Below are positions 62,770 to 64,000 of a stretch of DNA of 64,000 bases, one piece after another (position 1 is the first letter of the stretch; the number at the start of each line of letters is the position of its first letter). Origin of the DNA: Cyanidioschyzon merolae (lineage: Eukaryota); NCBI GenBank assembly GCA_000091205.1, contig AP006502.2, one strand, 5' to 3'. The translations under genes were made by a program, and so were the position numbers. The notes under the pieces were generated by a model. That model was not told the DNA's origin. It worked only from the letters and a program-made list of their open reading frames with translations, and did not search any database.

Positions 62770-63665
62770 CCGTTGCACTGCACCAGGCACAGCGCTACAT
62801 GCTACCGTCCAGGCACATGCGCATTCGTGCAATGGACACACCGCGCTCTACACACTGCTCCATCACCGCTGGCGAGTAAGGAGTGGCTGTGGGGAGCGCC
62901 GCCGGGGAGATTCATGCTAGATCGCGACATGGCGTGCAGTGGACACACCGCGCTCTACACACTGCTCCATCACCGCTGGCGAATAAGGAGAGCTGTGGCG
63001 AGCGCCGCCCCCGCCGCCGCCACCGGGGAGATTCATGCTAGATCGCGACTGGCGTGCAATGGACACACCGCGCTCTACACACTGCTCCATCACCGCTGGC
63101 GAATAAGGAGTGGCTGTGGGGAGCGCCGCCCCCGCCGCCGCCACCGGGGAGATTCATGCTAGATCGCGACGGGCGTGCAATGGACACACCGCGCTCTACA
63201 CACTGCTCCATCACCGCTGGCGAATAAGGAGTGGCTGTGGGGAGCGCCGCCCCCGCCGCCGCCACCGGGGAGATTCATGCTAGATCGCGACGGGCGTGCA
63301 ATGGACACACCGCGCTCTACACACTGCTCCATCACCGCTGGCGAGTAAGGAGTGGCTGTGGCGAGCGCCGCCCCCCGCCGCCGCCACCGGGGAGATTCAT
63401 GCTAGATCGCGACATGGCGTGCAATGGACACACCGCGCTCTACACACTGCTCCATCACCGCTGGCGAGTAAGGAGTGGCTGTGGCGAGCGCCGCCCCCGC
63501 CGCCGCCACCGGGGAGATTCATGCTAGATCGCGACATGGCGTGCAATGGACACACCGCGCTCTACACACTGCTCCATCACCGCTGGCGAGTAAGGAGTGG
63601 CTGTGGCGAGCGCCGCCCCCCGCCGCCGCCACCGGGGAGATTCATGCTAGATCGCGACATGGCGT
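62770..63665. repeat. ~121-bp tandem satellite array, ~7 units
   Basis: The unit gtgcaatggacacaccgcgctctacacactgctccatcaccgctggcgaRtaaggagtggctgtggSgagcgccgcc(cccgccgccgccacc)ggggagattcatgctagatcgcgacRtggc starts at ~62827, 62934, 63054, 63175, 63296, 63418 and 63539. The first unit lacks the (CCG)n segment, and a degenerate copy lies upstream. The unit length is not a multiple of 3, so the ORFs across it on both strands change frame each unit. Confidence 0.9.
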
Positions 63666-63764
63666 CGTGTCGCATCGATCTGCGCCAACAGATCACGTGC
63701 GGTTCGCACGCTACCGTCAAGCGTTTTCCCTCGCCGCACAGCGCATTCCACAGAGCCAACGAGT

Positions 63765-64000
63765 ATGAGCGATCAACCAAGCGTATCCGTTAAAGTGCCT
63801 CTTTATGAGAAGATCTACCAGTTAGATGGGTTCATTGGCGACGAGGAGCGAAACGCTTTACAACTTCCTGAAGGCGTCGACGAAGCTGGACTCTTCGTCA
63901 CTGTCTACGTTTCCCGAGAGAGCACGTACCCCGGTGATGCACCAGCTGGTGGTGCGACTCCTCACGAGAACACAGGAGATCCGAGCGTTGCTCGCGAGGA
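63765..64000 (+). CDS. 3'-truncated ORF of unknown function running off the window end
   Basis: ATG near 63765, then MSDQPSVSVKVPLYEKIYQLDGFIGDEERNALQLPEGVDEAGLFVTVYVSRESTYPGDAPAGG..., open to nt 64000. Its composition is globular and unlike the adjacent satellite. Not in the ORF track because no stop codon lies within the window. Confidence 0.25.
   Translation, partial: MSDQPSVSVKVPLYEKIYQLDGFIGDEERNALQLPEGVDEAGLFVTVYVSRESTYPGDAPAGGATPHENTGDPSVARE

Noticed and set aside
62567-63793. Six ORFs (75-165 aa) on both strands across the right-end array with repeating peptides such as HTALYTLLHHRWRVRSGCGERR
   Set aside because: They are generated by the 121-bp satellite. The unit length is not divisible by 3, so the reading frame changes every unit. 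Non-coding.
1-64000. Prokaryotic interpretation (operons, defence islands, CRISPR, integrons)
   Set aside because: Gene spacing is 3-4 kb with alternating strands. Products are eukaryote-specific (LSm2, Rad17, REI1, EBP, mitochondrial carrier, mitoribosomal S16 with a nuclear-style gene). There are no Shine-Dalgarno-spaced tandem genes and no direct-repeat/spacer architecture. The alternative start codons in the ORF track are an artefact of the ORF caller.

Overview
This window is GC-rich (about 55-58% by eye) and is clearly eukaryotic nuclear DNA, not a prokaryotic island. Genes are roughly 3-4 kb apart and sit on both strands in no operon-like order. Several products are eukaryote-specific: LSm2, the Rad17/Rad24 checkpoint clamp-loader subunit, REI1/ZNF622, the EBP sterol isomerase, a mitochondrial carrier and mitoribosomal S16. 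Every recognisable gene is a single uninterrupted ORF, so the genome looks intron-poor. Many proteins carry long low-complexity (S/A/R/Q-rich) extensions, and CAG/CTG trinucleotide runs recur inside and outside coding sequence. Confident calls are: an Amt/MEP ammonium transporter; an EBP-type sterol delta8-delta7 isomerase with all catalytic residues conserved; a Rad17/Rad24-like protein with a degenerate Walker A; a tyrosine aminotransferase with a ~350-aa N-terminal extension; a ZnT5/Msc2-type CDF zinc transporter; a RumA/TRM2-type Fe-S RNA m5U methyltransferase; a mitochondrial SAM-carrier-like protein; a phosphoserine-phosphatase-like HAD protein with degenerate catalytic motifs; a SpoU/TrmH (MRM1-like) rRNA 2'-O-methyltransferase; mitochondrial ribosomal protein S16; LSm2; and a REI1/ZNF622-like zinc-finger protein. 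Several large low-complexity hypothetical proteins are also present. The non-genic findings are more unusual. A previously unclassifiable dispersed repeat family is present in three copies of about 0.5-1.6 kb and about 70% identity, two of them tail-to-tail inverted only ~100 bp apart. A 121-bp satellite array (~7 units) sits at the right end and an 84-bp minisatellite near the left end. A (GCGT)n alternating purine-pyrimidine tract has Z-DNA potential. Two CAG/CTG inverted-repeat configurations are hairpin-capable. The ORF track accepts GTG/TTG starts, so several starts were moved to the first plausible ATG. No prokaryote-style defence or mobile system is present.
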